From the NCBI GenBank assembly GCA_046351325.1, contig JAXLYR010000002.1, forward strand, positions 880,334 through 944,333: a stretch of 64,000 nt of DNA. Reading direction: 5' to 3'. Position 1 is the first letter of the stretch. Each line of letters opens with the position of its first letter. This DNA comes from Polyangiaceae bacterium. Its GTDB lineage: Bacteria; Myxococcota_A; Polyangia; Polyangiales; Polyangiaceae. A model generated the notes under the pieces. The model was not told where the DNA came from and ran no database searches. It saw only the letters and a program-made list of their open reading frames with translations. The translations under genes and the position numbers were made by a program. Below are positions 9,608-19,746 of this stretch, one piece after another.

Positions 9608-11236
9608 ATGACCCCGAGGACCTTGCCCCGCGTCGCGTTGGCCCTCCTCTTGGTCGCGTGTGGCGCGCCCGAGCCTCGCCACGAGGCCTCGCCGCCGCGC
9701 CCGTCGCGTGCCGTCACGATCACCTCGGTGCCGCTCCGCCGCCTCTCGCGCGAGGAGTATCAGCACGCCGTTCGCGACCTGCTCGAAGACGACGGCCACG
9801 TCGCCGACGCCTTCCCGCCCGACGAGACGTTCGGCGGCTTCGAGACCAACTCGGTCGCGCCCGTCACGACCGCGCTCGTCGAGCGTTATATGGACGCAGC
9901 CGAGGGGCTCGCCGAGCACGCTGCGGGGCGCCTCGACAAGCTCGCGCCGTGCCCCGCAGGCCGAGACGCGACCGAGTGCGCTCAGCGCTTCATCACCTCG
10001 TTCGGCCGGCTCGTCTATCGGCGTCCGCTCACAGACTCCGAGCGCGACTTGCTCTTGTCCATCTACTCGCAGAAGGCCCAAAGCTCCGACTACGCGAGCG
10101 GCCTTCGCCTCGTCCTCGAGGCGCTCTTCGAGTCGCCGCAGTTCCTCTATCGCGTGGAATCCGCGCTCCCCGACGGCGAGAAGGCCCGGCCGCTAGGCTC
10201 CTATGAGCTCGCGACGCGGCTCTCTTTCTTCTTGTGGGCGACCACGCCGGACAGCGCGTTGCTCGACGACGCCGCAGCGGGGCGCCTCGACACCCCCGAG
10301 GGTCTCGAAAAGGTCGCGCGCCGGATGGTTGGTGACAAGCGTGTAATCGACGGGGTGACGAGCTTCCACCGACAATGGCTCGACCTGCGCGAGCTCGAGA
10401 CCGCGTCGAAGGACACGCTCGCGTCCGTCTTTACCGACCAGATGAAGGCCGCGATGGTCGAGGAGACACTGCGCTTCACCGCGCGCGCGACGCTCGCTCC
10501 CGGGGACGTCGTCACGGCGCTCCTCACCTCCCACGAGAGCTTCATCAACGCCGATTTGGCGAAGCTCTATGGAGTCCCGGCGCCCGCTCAGTCCGGTTAC
10601 CAGCTTGTCAGCCTTCCCGCCGACCAGCGCGCCGGCGTCCTCACCCAGGCGAGCGTCATGACGGTCCTCGCGAGCGCCGACCAGACCTCGCCCATTCGTC
10701 GCGGCAAGTTCGTCCGCGAGAAGCTCCTCTGTCAGGTCATTCCACCGCCTCCGCCGAACGTCGTCATCATCCCACCCAAGGTCGATCCCACGCTCACGAC
10801 CAAGCAGCGCTTCGCCCAGCACCGCACCGACAAGAGCTGCTCGGGGTGTCATCAAATGATGGACCCCATCGGCTTCGCGTTCGAGCACTACGACGCAGTC
10901 GGCGCCTATCGCACAGTCGACGGAGCCTTCCCCGTGGACGCGATTGGAGAGCTCTCCGGGACGGACGACGTCAATGGCAACTTCGACGGCGCTGTAGAGC
11001 TCAGCGCGCGGCTCGCCAAGAGCAAACAAGTCCGGCGCTGCTTCGCGACCCAGTGGTTCAGGTTCGCGGTGGGGCGCCCCGAGACAGACGGTGACACGCC
11101 TGTCATCGACTCCATTTATCAAGCCTTCGAAGAGGGCCATTTCGACGCGCGGGAGCTCCTGATCGCCATCGTGAAGAGCCCGACCTTCAGGTACGCAGGT
11201 TCGGAGCCCCTCGACGCCGAGGGGGCAACTCCGTGA
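9608..11236 (+). CDS. DUF1592/DUF1588-family protein with a haem-binding CxxCH motif
   Basis: Lipoprotein signal LALLLVACG. Conserved blocks LRRLSREEYQHAVRDLL, FLWATTPD and DKSCSGCHQMMDPIGFAFEHYDAVGAYR (CxxCH). Forms the usual pair with the downstream DUF1552 gene. Family assignment is from recalled motifs. Confidence 0.75.
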   Translation: MTPRTLPRVALALLLVACGAPEPRHEASPPRPSRAVTITSVPLRRLSREEYQHAVRDLLEDDGHVADAFPPDETFGGFETNSVAPVTTALVERYMDAAEGLAEHAAGRLDKLAPCPAGRDATECAQRFITSFGRLVYRRPLTDSERDLLLSIYSQKAQSSDYASGLRLVLEALFESPQFLYRVESALPDGEKARPLGSYELATRLSFFLWATTPDSALLDDAAAGRLDTPEGLEKVARRMVGDKRVIDGVTSFHRQWLDLRELETASKDTLASVFTDQMKAAMVEETLRFTARATLAPGDVVTALLTSHESFINADLAKLYGVPAPAQSGYQLVSLPADQRAGVLTQASVMTVLASADQTSPIRRGKFVREKLLCQVIPPPPPNVVIIPPKVDPTLTTKQRFAQHRTDKSCSGCHQMMDPIGFAFEHYDAVGAYRTVDGAFPVDAIGELSGTDDVNGNFDGAVELSARLAKSKQVRRCFATQWFRFAVGRPETDGDTPVIDSIYQAFEEGHFDARELLIAIVKSPTFRYAGSEPLDAEGATP

Positions 11237-12615
11237 GCGCGCTCGGCAGGCGTCGATTCTTGGCAGGCCTCGGCGGCGGACTGGCGCTCGCGCCGTTCAT
11301 TCCGCTCCTCGACTCGCAGGCCGGGCCGGGGGCGCCGCTGCCCAAGCGGCTCGTCTTCTTCTTCAGCTCGAACGGTACAATCTACGAGAGCTGGCTACCG
11401 ACCATGGAGCGCGGTGAGCTCACCTTGAGCCCCATCCTCGCGCCCCTCGAGAAGTTCAAGTCCAAGCTGCTCGTGGTCGACGGGCTCTGTCACAAGGTCG
11501 TCCTCGACAAAGGACAGAACACCGGCCACGCCGCTGGGATGAACACCGCGCTTACAGGGCGGTACATCAAGGTCGGGGACTTCTCCCACCCGCTCTTGAG
11601 CTTCGCCACCGGGATCTCGCTCGACCAATACCTGGCGCCGAAGATCAGCGGCGACACGAAGCTCAAGTCCCTCGAGTGCGGGGTGAGCGTCGAGCTCTTC
11701 TCCCTCGAGTTCGCTTCGCTGTCTTATGGCGGGCCGCACGCTCCGCGACCGCCCGAGAGCAGCCCCTACGTCGTATTCGATCGACTGTTCCGCAATTTCT
11801 CTGGACCGAAGAGCTCGGGCCCGACGCCCGAGGAACTCGCGCGCCTCTCCGACCGACAGAGCGTGCTCGACTCGGTCTCGAAAAACTTGTCGCTCGTACA
11901 AGCAAACCTGCCGGGAGAAGACCGCGTCAAGCTCGAGGCCCACCTCGACGCAGTCCGCGGGATCGAGCAGAGCCTGACGACCGGCCGCGGCGAGGCCGCC
12001 GCCGACGTGTGTGGCAAGCCGTCGCTCACCCCCAAAGTCGACGTCTGGGTGAACGACCATATCCCCGAGGTCGCGAAGATGCAGATGGACCTCTTGGTCA
12101 TGGCGCTCGCGTGTGATCTCACTCGGGTCGGTACTGTCCAGTTCGGTCACGCTGGCGCCCAGCACCGCTTCAATTGGCTCGGCGCCGAGTTCAAGAAGGA
12201 CCCGGAGCTCTCCGCCGCCGACCAGGCCAAGGGGTTCCACGCGCTCGCGCACAGGGAGGCCGAGGCTACGTCGCGCGCCAAGCTCGTGAGAATCAATGCG
12301 TGGTATGCGCAGCAGCTCGCTTATCTATTGGGCAAACTCGACGCCATCCCCGAGCGCGGCGGCACGATGCTGGACCATACAGTCGTCGTCTGGGTGAACG
12401 AGCTCGGGACAGGCAGCCACAGCCACGAGCGGCTGCCTTGGGTCATCGCCGGCAACAGCGACAAGTACTTCAAGACTGGACAGCTCGTGTCGTTCCCCGG
12501 CGAGCCGCACAATCGCCTCCTGCTCTCGCTCAGCCACGCGATGGGGGTGGAGGACGAGGTCTTCGGCGACCCGGACTATTGCGGCGCCGGCCCCCTCACG
12601 GGGCTCACGGGTTAG
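11233..12615 (+). CDS. DUF1552-family protein with a twin-arginine (Tat) signal
   Basis: RRRFLAGLGGGLALA Tat motif. 460 aa. Start overlaps the upstream stop (ATGA-like coupling). Ends at TAG followed immediately by a T8 run. Confidence 0.75.
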   Translation: MSALGRRRFLAGLGGGLALAPFIPLLDSQAGPGAPLPKRLVFFFSSNGTIYESWLPTMERGELTLSPILAPLEKFKSKLLVVDGLCHKVVLDKGQNTGHAAGMNTALTGRYIKVGDFSHPLLSFATGISLDQYLAPKISGDTKLKSLECGVSVELFSLEFASLSYGGPHAPRPPESSPYVVFDRLFRNFSGPKSSGPTPEELARLSDRQSVLDSVSKNLSLVQANLPGEDRVKLEAHLDAVRGIEQSLTTGRGEAAADVCGKPSLTPKVDVWVNDHIPEVAKMQMDLLVMALACDLTRVGTVQFGHAGAQHRFNWLGAEFKKDPELSAADQAKGFHALAHREAEATSRAKLVRINAWYAQQLAYLLGKLDAIPERGGTMLDHTVVVWVNELGTGSHSHERLPWVIAGNSDKYFKTGQLVSFPGEPHNRLLLSLSHAMGVEDEVFGDPDYCGAGPLTGLTG

Positions 12616-12624
12616 ATTTTTTTT
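12591..12624 (+). terminator. Possible intrinsic terminator (weak hairpin plus T8) at the end of the DUF1552 gene
   Basis: ccccCTCACgggg hairpin overlaps the last codons. tttttttt sits immediately after the TAG stop, which is rare in a 70% GC background. Confidence 0.3.
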
Positions 12625-12667
12625 CGTCCTCGCGAATCCTTTCGCCCAGCTCGGTCGTCTTCGACCC

Positions 12668-13129
12668 ATGAGCGCATCGACCAAGAAGGATTCGACCAAG
12701 ACGAAGGGCGCAAAGCCCGGCACCAAGGACGCGCCGTGGACCCTCAAGACCCCGCCGGGCACGAGCGACTTCGAGGCGTACCTCGACGACGCGGCCGACC
12801 CGCCGGCCCTCGTCGTTCAAGTAGGTAAAACGCAGCTGCGCTATCACGCGCGCTGCGTGGAGGACCTCCACGCGATGCTCGTCGCGCACGGTGATTGGAT
12901 GCTTCTCGGCTCGGCCGATGAACAGAAGCCCGCCGCGGACGGCACTGTGGAGGCTTGGGGTCGATCACCGACGAACCCGGTGAAGGGTTGGTACGGGCTG
13001 AAGAAGGGCGTGCGAGGTCGCTTTGGAATGTACGTTCCGCCAGTGCTCGAGGCCTTGGGGCTGGCAGAGGTCGAGCACGCGGCGAAGAACAACCGCATGC
13101 GGGCGATCCCGAGCAAGGTGGCGCGATGA
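12668..13129 (+). CDS. Hypothetical protein (Lys-rich N-terminus)
   Basis: 153 aa ORF with a good coding-like protein sequence (WTLKTPPGTSDFEAYLDD...WYGLKKGVRGRFGMYVPPVLEALGLAEVEH). No motif recognised. Confidence 0.5.
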   Translation: MSASTKKDSTKTKGAKPGTKDAPWTLKTPPGTSDFEAYLDDAADPPALVVQVGKTQLRYHARCVEDLHAMLVAHGDWMLLGSADEQKPAADGTVEAWGRSPTNPVKGWYGLKKGVRGRFGMYVPPVLEALGLAEVEHAAKNNRMRAIPSKVAR

Positions 13130-13437
13130 AGCGCGTGCTCGTTCGCTACACGGTAAAGCCCGAGGCCCTCGCGGAGAACGAGCGCCTCGTCCAGGCCGTC
13201 TTCGCCGAGCTCGCCGAAAAAAGGCCCGATGGCCTGCGCTACGCGACGTCCAAACAACGCGACGGCTTCACGTTCGTGCACATCGCGACCGTGAGCACAC
13301 TGGACGGTAAAAACCCCCTCGTCGCGCTCGAGGCCTTCAAGGCCTTCACGAGCACCATCCAAGAGCGCTGCGTCGAGCCGCCGGTCACCCTCGAGCTCGA
13401 GCCTATCGCTGCTTATGGCGACCCGCCGTTCGGGTGA
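13126..13437 (+). CDS. Small ABM/Dabb-like (antibiotic biosynthesis monooxygenase fold) protein
   Basis: ATG overlaps the upstream TGA. About 103 aa (MKRVLVRYTVKPEALAENERLVQAVFAEL...). Size and pattern fit a ferredoxin-like ABM domain. Low certainty. Confidence 0.45.
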   Translation: MKRVLVRYTVKPEALAENERLVQAVFAELAEKRPDGLRYATSKQRDGFTFVHIATVSTLDGKNPLVALEAFKAFTSTIQERCVEPPVTLELEPIAAYGDPPFG

Positions 13438-13510
13438 GCCGGCTCAGCGCGGATAGGCCGGTAGGGTCTGCGCGAACATCGGCGGCGGCGCCGGGCTGCG
13501 GCCGCGCAGG

Positions 13511-13858
13511 TCAGCGTTCGCTCGAACCCGCCGGCGGAGGCTCGCGCGGGGGCACGCTGCCCGACGCGCGAGGAGCGCCCGTCGTCGCAGTCGCGCTGAG
13601 ATCTCCGAACGCGTTGAGCTCGACGAAGCCCTCGGGCCACTCGACCTGCGCCGAGCTCGTGGGCGCGGGCTTGGTGAGAATCGGAGTCTTTCTCGGCTTG
13701 ATCGAGAGGTAGGCGAAGAGCGCGGCGCCGAGCGCTGCGGTCGCGAGCAGCACGGCGCGCAGCCGAAACGAAGGCGCCTGCGGTTGCCAGCCCACCTGGA
13801 GCCAGCTGCGTTTCGTCGGAGCTTTCGAGAAGCTCGGCTTCGCCTGGTGCTTTGCCAC
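13511..13858 (-). CDS. Possible small membrane-anchored protein
   Basis: 115 aa ORF with ATG start, one TM (LRAVLLATAALGAALFAYLSI) and high GC3. It lies inside a longer Arg-rich antisense ORF that I judged spurious. Confidence 0.3.
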   Translation of the reverse strand: MAKHQAKPSFSKAPTKRSWLQVGWQPQAPSFRLRAVLLATAALGAALFAYLSIKPRKTPILTKPAPTSSAQVEWPEGFVELNAFGDLSATATTGAPRASGSVPPREPPPAGSSER

Positions 13859-13896
13859 GTCGAACGGCTCTTTCGTAGCATGAGCTCGGGCACGTC

Positions 13897-15360
13897 ATGA
13901 GGTGGAGCCGGCCGAAGATCATCTTCACCTTGGTGATGCTCGCCGCAGCGGCGGGGGCGGGGAGACTCGGGCTCGGGACAAGTCCGCTGCGGGTCGCGGA
14001 CTACACGCCGCTCGAAGCGATCGTCCTCGCGGTGCTCGCGGCGGCGCCGCTGCTCGGAGCGTTGTTCGCCGTGCTCTCGTTCGGTCGGGGCCCGACTCCA
14101 TTCCGGCGCGCGAACCTCGGGCTCGAGGACCGAGGGCGCATGGCCGCGCGCGGCGTCGTGCAAGGCGTCGAGGTCGAGGCCAGCGATCTCGAGCGCCGCA
14201 TGTCGAACGGCAAGCGGCAATATCGGCTCTCGCTGCGCGCGCGTCGCAAGGACTCGGGCGCGGCCGGACTCCCCGTCGCGGTCCTCTCGACCACGAAGAT
14301 CGCGCCGCTCGACGTCGAGGCGATGGTCGAGGCCAAGGTCCCACCAGGGTTCGCCCCGGGCGTGCGCGTCTGGGTCAAACCCGAGGGCGGCTACCGCGAC
14401 GTGCCCGAGGCTCCGGCGTGGCTCGACGCACGCGTCGCGACCGCGCTGCGCGATCCGGGTGGCATCCTCGACATTCGGACCGGTCCCGACGGCGTCGACC
14501 TCGAGACGCCGTTCGACCTCGATCCCATCGACACGCGAGAGCGCATCCTCTTCGCGTGCGAGCTCACGGGCGCCGCGATCGATCGCGAGGCGCTGCCCCG
14601 GGCGCCTGTGAAGCGCACGAGTCGCTCGTGGCGCTCCGCGGTCCCGGTCGTCTCGATGGCGCTCGGGATCATGGGGGTGGTCGCTTACGGATTTGTGAGC
14701 CCGAGCAACCTCGGCACCGAAGCCGACGTCTTCGCGAAGGTCGAGGCCTGTCCACCTGCGATGGAGGCGCTCGGCGGTTCGTACCGCCGCCGGATGCTCG
14801 GCTGGCAGCCCACGTCGACCGTGCGCAAGCGGCGCCCGCGTTGGGAGTCGTACGTGCTCCTGCTCGGCGGCGCCGAGCGCGCCGCGACCATCGACGTCGT
14901 ACAAGGCCAGGTCTTGCTCGAGGGCAGCGCGACCGGCGAGGTGCAGTTGCTCGAGGCGATGATGGAGGTCGACGGGCGAACGATCGACGTCCTCCACTGC
15001 GGTGAGCCTGCACCGACAACTTTGTCAGGCGTGCGAACCTACGAGGCGCGCGTGAAGAGCGTGACGGGAGCGGCGCCCGCGCGCGTCGGGGACGCCTGTC
15101 GGATCGAGGCAAAATCCACGAACAAGTACTTCTGTCGGTTCGTCGTCGAGTGCGCCGGGACGAAGCTCTACGGCGCGACCGACGAGCTCGGCTACGCGGT
15201 GTGCGGCCTGCTCGCGGCGAGGCCCCGCGCCGCGCTCGTCGCGAGCGATCGGATCAGCGTCCGCAGCGAGCCCGAGCTCGAGTTCGACGACCGGCGCGGT
15301 GAGGCGAGCGTCATCGCGCCGAACTACTCCGTCACGATCGCCTTGCCCGCGGGCCGCTGA
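13897..15360 (+). CDS. Hypothetical membrane protein
   Basis: 487 aa. N-terminal TM helices (IIFTLVMLAAAAGAG; LEAIVLAVLAAAPLLGALFAVLSF), a central TM (AVPVVSMALGIMGVVAYGF) and a Cys-containing C-terminal domain. Confidence 0.55.
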   Translation: MRWSRPKIIFTLVMLAAAAGAGRLGLGTSPLRVADYTPLEAIVLAVLAAAPLLGALFAVLSFGRGPTPFRRANLGLEDRGRMAARGVVQGVEVEASDLERRMSNGKRQYRLSLRARRKDSGAAGLPVAVLSTTKIAPLDVEAMVEAKVPPGFAPGVRVWVKPEGGYRDVPEAPAWLDARVATALRDPGGILDIRTGPDGVDLETPFDLDPIDTRERILFACELTGAAIDREALPRAPVKRTSRSWRSAVPVVSMALGIMGVVAYGFVSPSNLGTEADVFAKVEACPPAMEALGGSYRRRMLGWQPTSTVRKRRPRWESYVLLLGGAERAATIDVVQGQVLLEGSATGEVQLLEAMMEVDGRTIDVLHCGEPAPTTLSGVRTYEARVKSVTGAAPARVGDACRIEAKSTNKYFCRFVVECAGTKLYGATDELGYAVCGLLAARPRAALVASDRISVRSEPELEFDDRRGEASVIAPNYSVTIALPAGR

Positions 15361-16152
15361 TCAGCGACCGCGGAAGACGGGCTTGCGCTTCTCGACGTAC
15401 GCGGCGAGCCCCTCGCGCGCGTCGTCCGAGGCGAAGAGCTCCGCCTGGAGCTCGCGCTCGAGCGCGAGGCCCTGCTCGAGACCGACCTCGAGGCCCGTCG
15501 CGACGGCGCGCGTGATCGCTCCGACGGCGAGGCTCGCCTTGCCGGGGTGGGCGAAGCGGCGCGCGTACTCCGTAGCCTTCGCGAGGAAGGGCTCGCCCGC
15601 GGGCACGTCCCACACGGCGTTCACGAGGCCGAGCGCGACGCCGTCCTCGACGGGGAAGGTCGCTCCCTCACACATCAGCTCGAGGGCCTTCGCGCGGCCG
15701 ACGAGTCGCGCGAGGCGCTGCGTGCCGCCCGTGCCCGGCAGGACGCCGAGCGCGACCTCGGGCAGGCCCATCTTGCCGGCGCCCTTGCGAGACACCCGAA
15801 GATCACAAGCGAGCGCGATCTCGAGGCCGCCGCCGACGCAGTGCCCGTTGATCGCCGCGATGACGAGCTTCGGCGTGTGCTCGAGGCGAAGCAGCGTCTC
15901 GTTGGCGTGCAGGCAGAAGTAGTATTTGAACTGGCTGTCGGCCTCTTTCAGCATGTTCACGTTCGCGCCCGAACAGAAGAACCGGTCGCCGTGGCCAGTC
16001 ACCACGATGACGCGGACGTCGGGGTCGAAGCGCGCCTCGAGGATCGCCGCGTCGAGGTCCTTCATCATCTCGAACGTGTAGCCGTTGAACGGCGGATCGT
16101 TGAGCGTGAGGACCGCCACGCCAGCGTTGGTCTGATAGTCGACGAGAGCCAT
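15361..16152 (-). CDS. Enoyl-CoA hydratase/isomerase (crotonase family)
   Basis: VAVLTLNDPPFNGY...VIVVTGHGDRFFCSGANV...INGHCVGGGLEIALACDLRV oxyanion-hole motifs. 263 aa. Confidence 0.9.
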   Translation of the reverse strand: MALVDYQTNAGVAVLTLNDPPFNGYTFEMMKDLDAAILEARFDPDVRVIVVTGHGDRFFCSGANVNMLKEADSQFKYYFCLHANETLLRLEHTPKLVIAAINGHCVGGGLEIALACDLRVSRKGAGKMGLPEVALGVLPGTGGTQRLARLVGRAKALELMCEGATFPVEDGVALGLVNAVWDVPAGEPFLAKATEYARRFAHPGKASLAVGAITRAVATGLEVGLEQGLALERELQAELFASDDAREGLAAYVEKRKPVFRGR

Positions 16153-16458
16153 GGCGAGGGGCTTTAGTACAGCGCGCTCGGCCCTACCAGGGAGCGCGGC
16201 GCCGATCGCTCGCGCGCGGTTGCGCAGACGCTCGCGATGGGGGAAGCTTTAACGTTGTATTGGCGTAGCAGACGCAGTTCGGCAGGGTCGGCGATGATGG
16301 GTGAGGCGCGAACTCGACTATGCACCAAGCGTCGTATTCGAGCCGTGAAGACAAGTTCTTGCCTCGATGGTATGAGACGCCGCCCGCTGCCGTTAAACGA
16401 TGAACGGTGCTGCCCGAGCGACGCTACGTCGCTGGATGCCGGGCGGGGATCTGGAGGG

Positions 16459-16741
16459 TTTCGACGTGAACGCGGATGAAGTTCGACTCGCTCTCAAGGA
16501 GCTCATGATCGCGGAGCTCAACCTCACCGGTAAGACGCCCGGCGACATCGACAACGACGCGCCGATCTTCGGGGCCGGCCTGGGGCTCGACTCGCTCGAT
16601 GCGCTCCAGCTCGCGATGGCGGTGGAGGAGCGCTTCGGCGTCCGCGTTCCGGAGGGTGAGCCCGCGCGCAAGATCTTTGCGTCGGTGAACGCCCTCGTGA
16701 ACCACATCCTGACGGGCGAGCGCGTCGCCGAGAAGGCGTAG
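16459..16741 (+). CDS. Acyl carrier protein
   Basis: GLGLDSLDALQLAMAVEERFGV phosphopantetheine-attachment motif (DSL). About 94 aa from a GTG start. The ORF is also open further upstream. Confidence 0.8.
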
Positions 16742-16745
16742 CGTC

Positions 16746-18971
16746 ATGACGGTCCAGCGTCGCGCGATGCCGCGCGTGGTCGTGACGGGCGTCGGCATGA
16801 TCTCGCCGCTCGGCTCCGACGCACCGTCGAGCTTGGCGCGGCTCTGGGCCGGTGACCGGGGCATCGGTCCGCTCACACTCTTCGAGCTGAAGAACCCGCG
16901 GTCGAAGCTCGCCGCCGAGGCCGTGGGCCTCGACATGGGGACGGTCGCAGCGCGCACCGACGCGATGGCGATTCAAGCCGCGCGCGAGGCGCTGCGCGAC
17001 GCTGGGCTCGACCCCGCCGCGACACCGATTCACCTCGTCGTCGGCGGCACGACGGCGGGCATGTTCGAGACCGAGGAGCTCCTCACGCAGCTCGGCAACA
17101 TCGATTTGACCGAGGCGCTCGAGGTCCGGCTGAAGACGCACCCGCTCTCGTCGACGGTCGATCGCGTGTGCGAGGTCGCAGGGCCGTTCGCGTCGGCGCG
17201 CACCGTGTGCTGCGCGTGCACGAGCGGCGTCGCGGCGATCGCTCTCGGCGCCGCGTGGATCCGCACGGGGCGCGCGCGGCGTGTCCTCGCTGGCGGCGCC
17301 GACGCGCTCTGCAGGCTCACCTTCAGCGGCTTCGGCTGCTTGATGGTGCTCTCTCCCGACACGTGCAAACCCTTCGACGCGAGCCGCTCGGGGCTCAACT
17401 TGGGTGAGGGCGCGGGCTTCGTGATGCTCGAGAGTGAGGACGCTGCCCACGAGCGCGGCGCGAAGCTCATCGCGGAGGTCGCAGGCTTCGGTCTCGGCGG
17501 TGAGGCCCACCACATCACGAACCCCGAGCCCACTGGCAAGGCCGCCGCGCGCATCATGCGCCAGGCGCTCTCGTCCGCCGGGCTCGAGCCGCGCGACGTC
17601 GTCTACATCAACGCGCACGGCACTGCGACGATGCACAACGACGCTGCCGAGTCGACGGCGATCCGTGCGTGCTTCGGTGAGGTCCGCCCCAAGGTTTCGT
17701 CGTCGAAGGGGCAGATCGGTCACACGCTCGGCGCGGCCGGCGCGATCGAAGCGGTCATCTCCGCGAAGGTCGTCGAGACCGGCAAGATCCCCCCGACGAA
17801 AGGGCTCGAGAACCCCGATCCCGCGTGCGACATCGACCACGTCTTCGAGACCACGCAGGTCTCGGTGCCGCCCGTCGTGATGTCGAACTCGTTCGGCTTC
17901 GGCGGTACAGGCGGCGTGCTGGTGCTCGCGCGCCCCGAGCACGCACCCGTGCCCGAGCTCCCTGTCGAGAACGACGTCGTCATCTCGGGCGCCGCTGTCA
18001 TCGCGCGCGGCCGGTTGATCGAGCGCGCCGAAGACATGGCGAAGCTCCTCGCGCCTGTGTCGGCGGACGGGACTGTGCGTCGCGACGCCGACGCTCCCAA
18101 CGCCGAGGGTGATCCGACCGGCTGGCTCGACCAAGGCAAATCCCGACGAATGGATCGATCGGGCAAGCTCAGCGCGGCCGTCATCGGCGGCGCGCTGCGC
18201 GACGCGGATCGCGACGCTTCCGCGCCGCTCGATCGGACCAACGTAGCGGCCATCAGCGGCACAGCGTTCGGGAACGTAGACGGCTCGATGCGCTTCATGA
18301 AGCGGGTGCTCGACAAGGGCGCCAACATGGCGGTCCCCGCCGACTTCCCGAACCTCGTGCCGAGCTCGCCCGTGAGCCACGCTGCGATCTATTGGGGTCT
18401 CGGTGGGCCGGCGTTCGCGACGCCCGATCTCTCGGCCACCGCCGAGGCCGCGACGGCGACGGGGCTCGAGCTCGTCGCGTCCGGCGTGTCGAGCGCGGCC
18501 GCCGTCGGCAGCGTCGAAGAAATCAGCCAACTCGCGGAGAAGGTCCTCGCGCCGCTGCTCGGGGTTCGCACGGTCGCGGCCCACTCCGAGGGCGCGTCCT
18601 GCCTCATCATCGAGCGCGCCGCCGACGCGTTCGCGCGCGGTCGCACGCCGCTCGCCCGCGTTCGCTTCTGGTCGGCCGCGCGCGGCAAGGTCGCCGCCAA
18701 AGACCTGCCGGCTCCGCCCCCCAACGCGAAGGTCGTCGCCGAGCCCGCCGTCGACGTCGCGAGCTTGCTCGGTGACAGCGCGTGGGCCTCCGCTCCGCGG
18801 CTCAGCCTCGGTGGGCTCGCTGGTGAACACGTGGGCCTCGGGGGCGTCGCGCTCGCGGCTGCCGCGGCGCTCGTCCGCGGGGGCGACGCGGGCTCCGTGC
18901 TCGTGCTCGGTGAAGCTCCCGCTCGGTCGTACGCGTTCTTGCTCGAGTCCCCCGCGAAAGTCGCTGGTTAG
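16746..18971 (+). CDS. Beta-ketoacyl synthase fused to a C-terminal truncated, catalytically dead KS-like (CLF-like) domain
   Basis: N-terminal KS with active-site Cys (TVCCACTSGVAAI), His (HGTATMHNDAAE) and Lys/His (KGQIGHTLGAAG). A C-terminal ~330 aa repeats the thiolase N-half fold, but the Cys position reads GPAFATPDLSATAEA and the His-His half is absent. Confidence 0.85.
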   Translation: MTVQRRAMPRVVVTGVGMISPLGSDAPSSLARLWAGDRGIGPLTLFELKNPRSKLAAEAVGLDMGTVAARTDAMAIQAAREALRDAGLDPAATPIHLVVGGTTAGMFETEELLTQLGNIDLTEALEVRLKTHPLSSTVDRVCEVAGPFASARTVCCACTSGVAAIALGAAWIRTGRARRVLAGGADALCRLTFSGFGCLMVLSPDTCKPFDASRSGLNLGEGAGFVMLESEDAAHERGAKLIAEVAGFGLGGEAHHITNPEPTGKAAARIMRQALSSAGLEPRDVVYINAHGTATMHNDAAESTAIRACFGEVRPKVSSSKGQIGHTLGAAGAIEAVISAKVVETGKIPPTKGLENPDPACDIDHVFETTQVSVPPVVMSNSFGFGGTGGVLVLARPEHAPVPELPVENDVVISGAAVIARGRLIERAEDMAKLLAPVSADGTVRRDADAPNAEGDPTGWLDQGKSRRMDRSGKLSAAVIGGALRDADRDASAPLDRTNVAAISGTAFGNVDGSMRFMKRVLDKGANMAVPADFPNLVPSSPVSHAAIYWGLGGPAFATPDLSATAEAATATGLELVASGVSSAAAVGSVEEISQLAEKVLAPLLGVRTVAAHSEGASCLIIERAADAFARGRTPLARVRFWSAARGKVAAKDLPAPPPNAKVVAEPAVDVASLLGDSAWASAPRLSLGGLAGEHVGLGGVALAAAAALVRGGDAGSVLVLGEAPARSYAFLLESPAKVAG

Positions 18972-18979
18972 AGGGTCAA

Positions 18980-19746
18980 GCGTGCGCTCGTTCGGTCGCA
19001 CCCTCGGCTTCGCCTTCGCAGTCGCATCGAGCCTCAGCAGCGTCGCGTGCGCGGCCCGTCAGCCCGCGGCCGCGGCGTACGGCGCCGACGAGGCTCGGGC
19101 CTTCGTGGAGGCTCGTGCGATGCTCGATCGCCTGCGCGCCCCCGCGCTCGTCGGTCGCACGGAGAAGGTCGGCATCACGCTCGACGCACCCTATCTGCCC
19201 TCGCAGGTCTCGGCGCGCGGTGCGATCGCGGCGCGCCCGCCCGATGGGCTCCGCATGATCTTGCTCGGCCCAGGCGGGACGACTGCGATGGATCTCTGGG
19301 TCGGGGGCGAGCGCTTCCGCTTCGCGATCCCCGCGCTCGAGCGCGTGCTCCGCGGCGACGAGAACACCCCGCCGGAGAAGAAGCGCGGCCTCCCTGTCGA
19401 TTTCCTACGTTGGTGGATGTTGAACCCGCTCGGCGGCGAGCTCATCGCCGCGCGCCACGGCGCGAACGGCGCACTCGAGATCCTCCTCCGCGAGGACGCC
19501 CGCATCACCGAGGCCACGCTCGCCTCCGACGGCTCGGTGACGGCGCATCGCACGACGATGCTCGCGCGCCCCGACGGCACCTTCCGCGTCCTCGAGGAGG
19601 AGTGGCTCGAGGCCACGTCGCTCGGCTGCGCGAAGGCCGTCTATAGGCAGAAGACGACGAGCCTCACGGTGACCGCCACGTGCGAGTCGACGCGGCCGTC
19701 CCTCAACGAAGAGGCCCTGAAGGAACCCGAGGATCCAGCGCCATGA
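18980..19746 (+). CDS. Lipoprotein of unknown function (possible lipid-carrier-like role) between the two KS genes
   Basis: GTG start. Signal plus lipobox FAFAVASSLSSVAC. 255 aa. Translationally coupled to the downstream KS (ATGA overlap). Confidence 0.55.

Noticed and set aside
13444-14997. 517-aa minus-strand ORF overlapping the membrane-protein gene at 13897-15360
   Set aside because: Arg-rich low-complexity translation. The plus-strand gene has TM helices and normal composition.
16290-16320. Candidate sigma-54 promoter (TGGCGT-N5-ACGCA) upstream of the ACP gene
   Set aside because: The -12 element deviates from the TTGCW consensus. Without a PSSM score or TSS data it is not reportable as a feature.
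16524-19001. 825-aa minus-strand ORF overlapping the ACP/KS genes
   Set aside because: Arg/Asp/Gly-rich nonsense composition with no motifs. It is antisense to a KS with intact catalytic residues.
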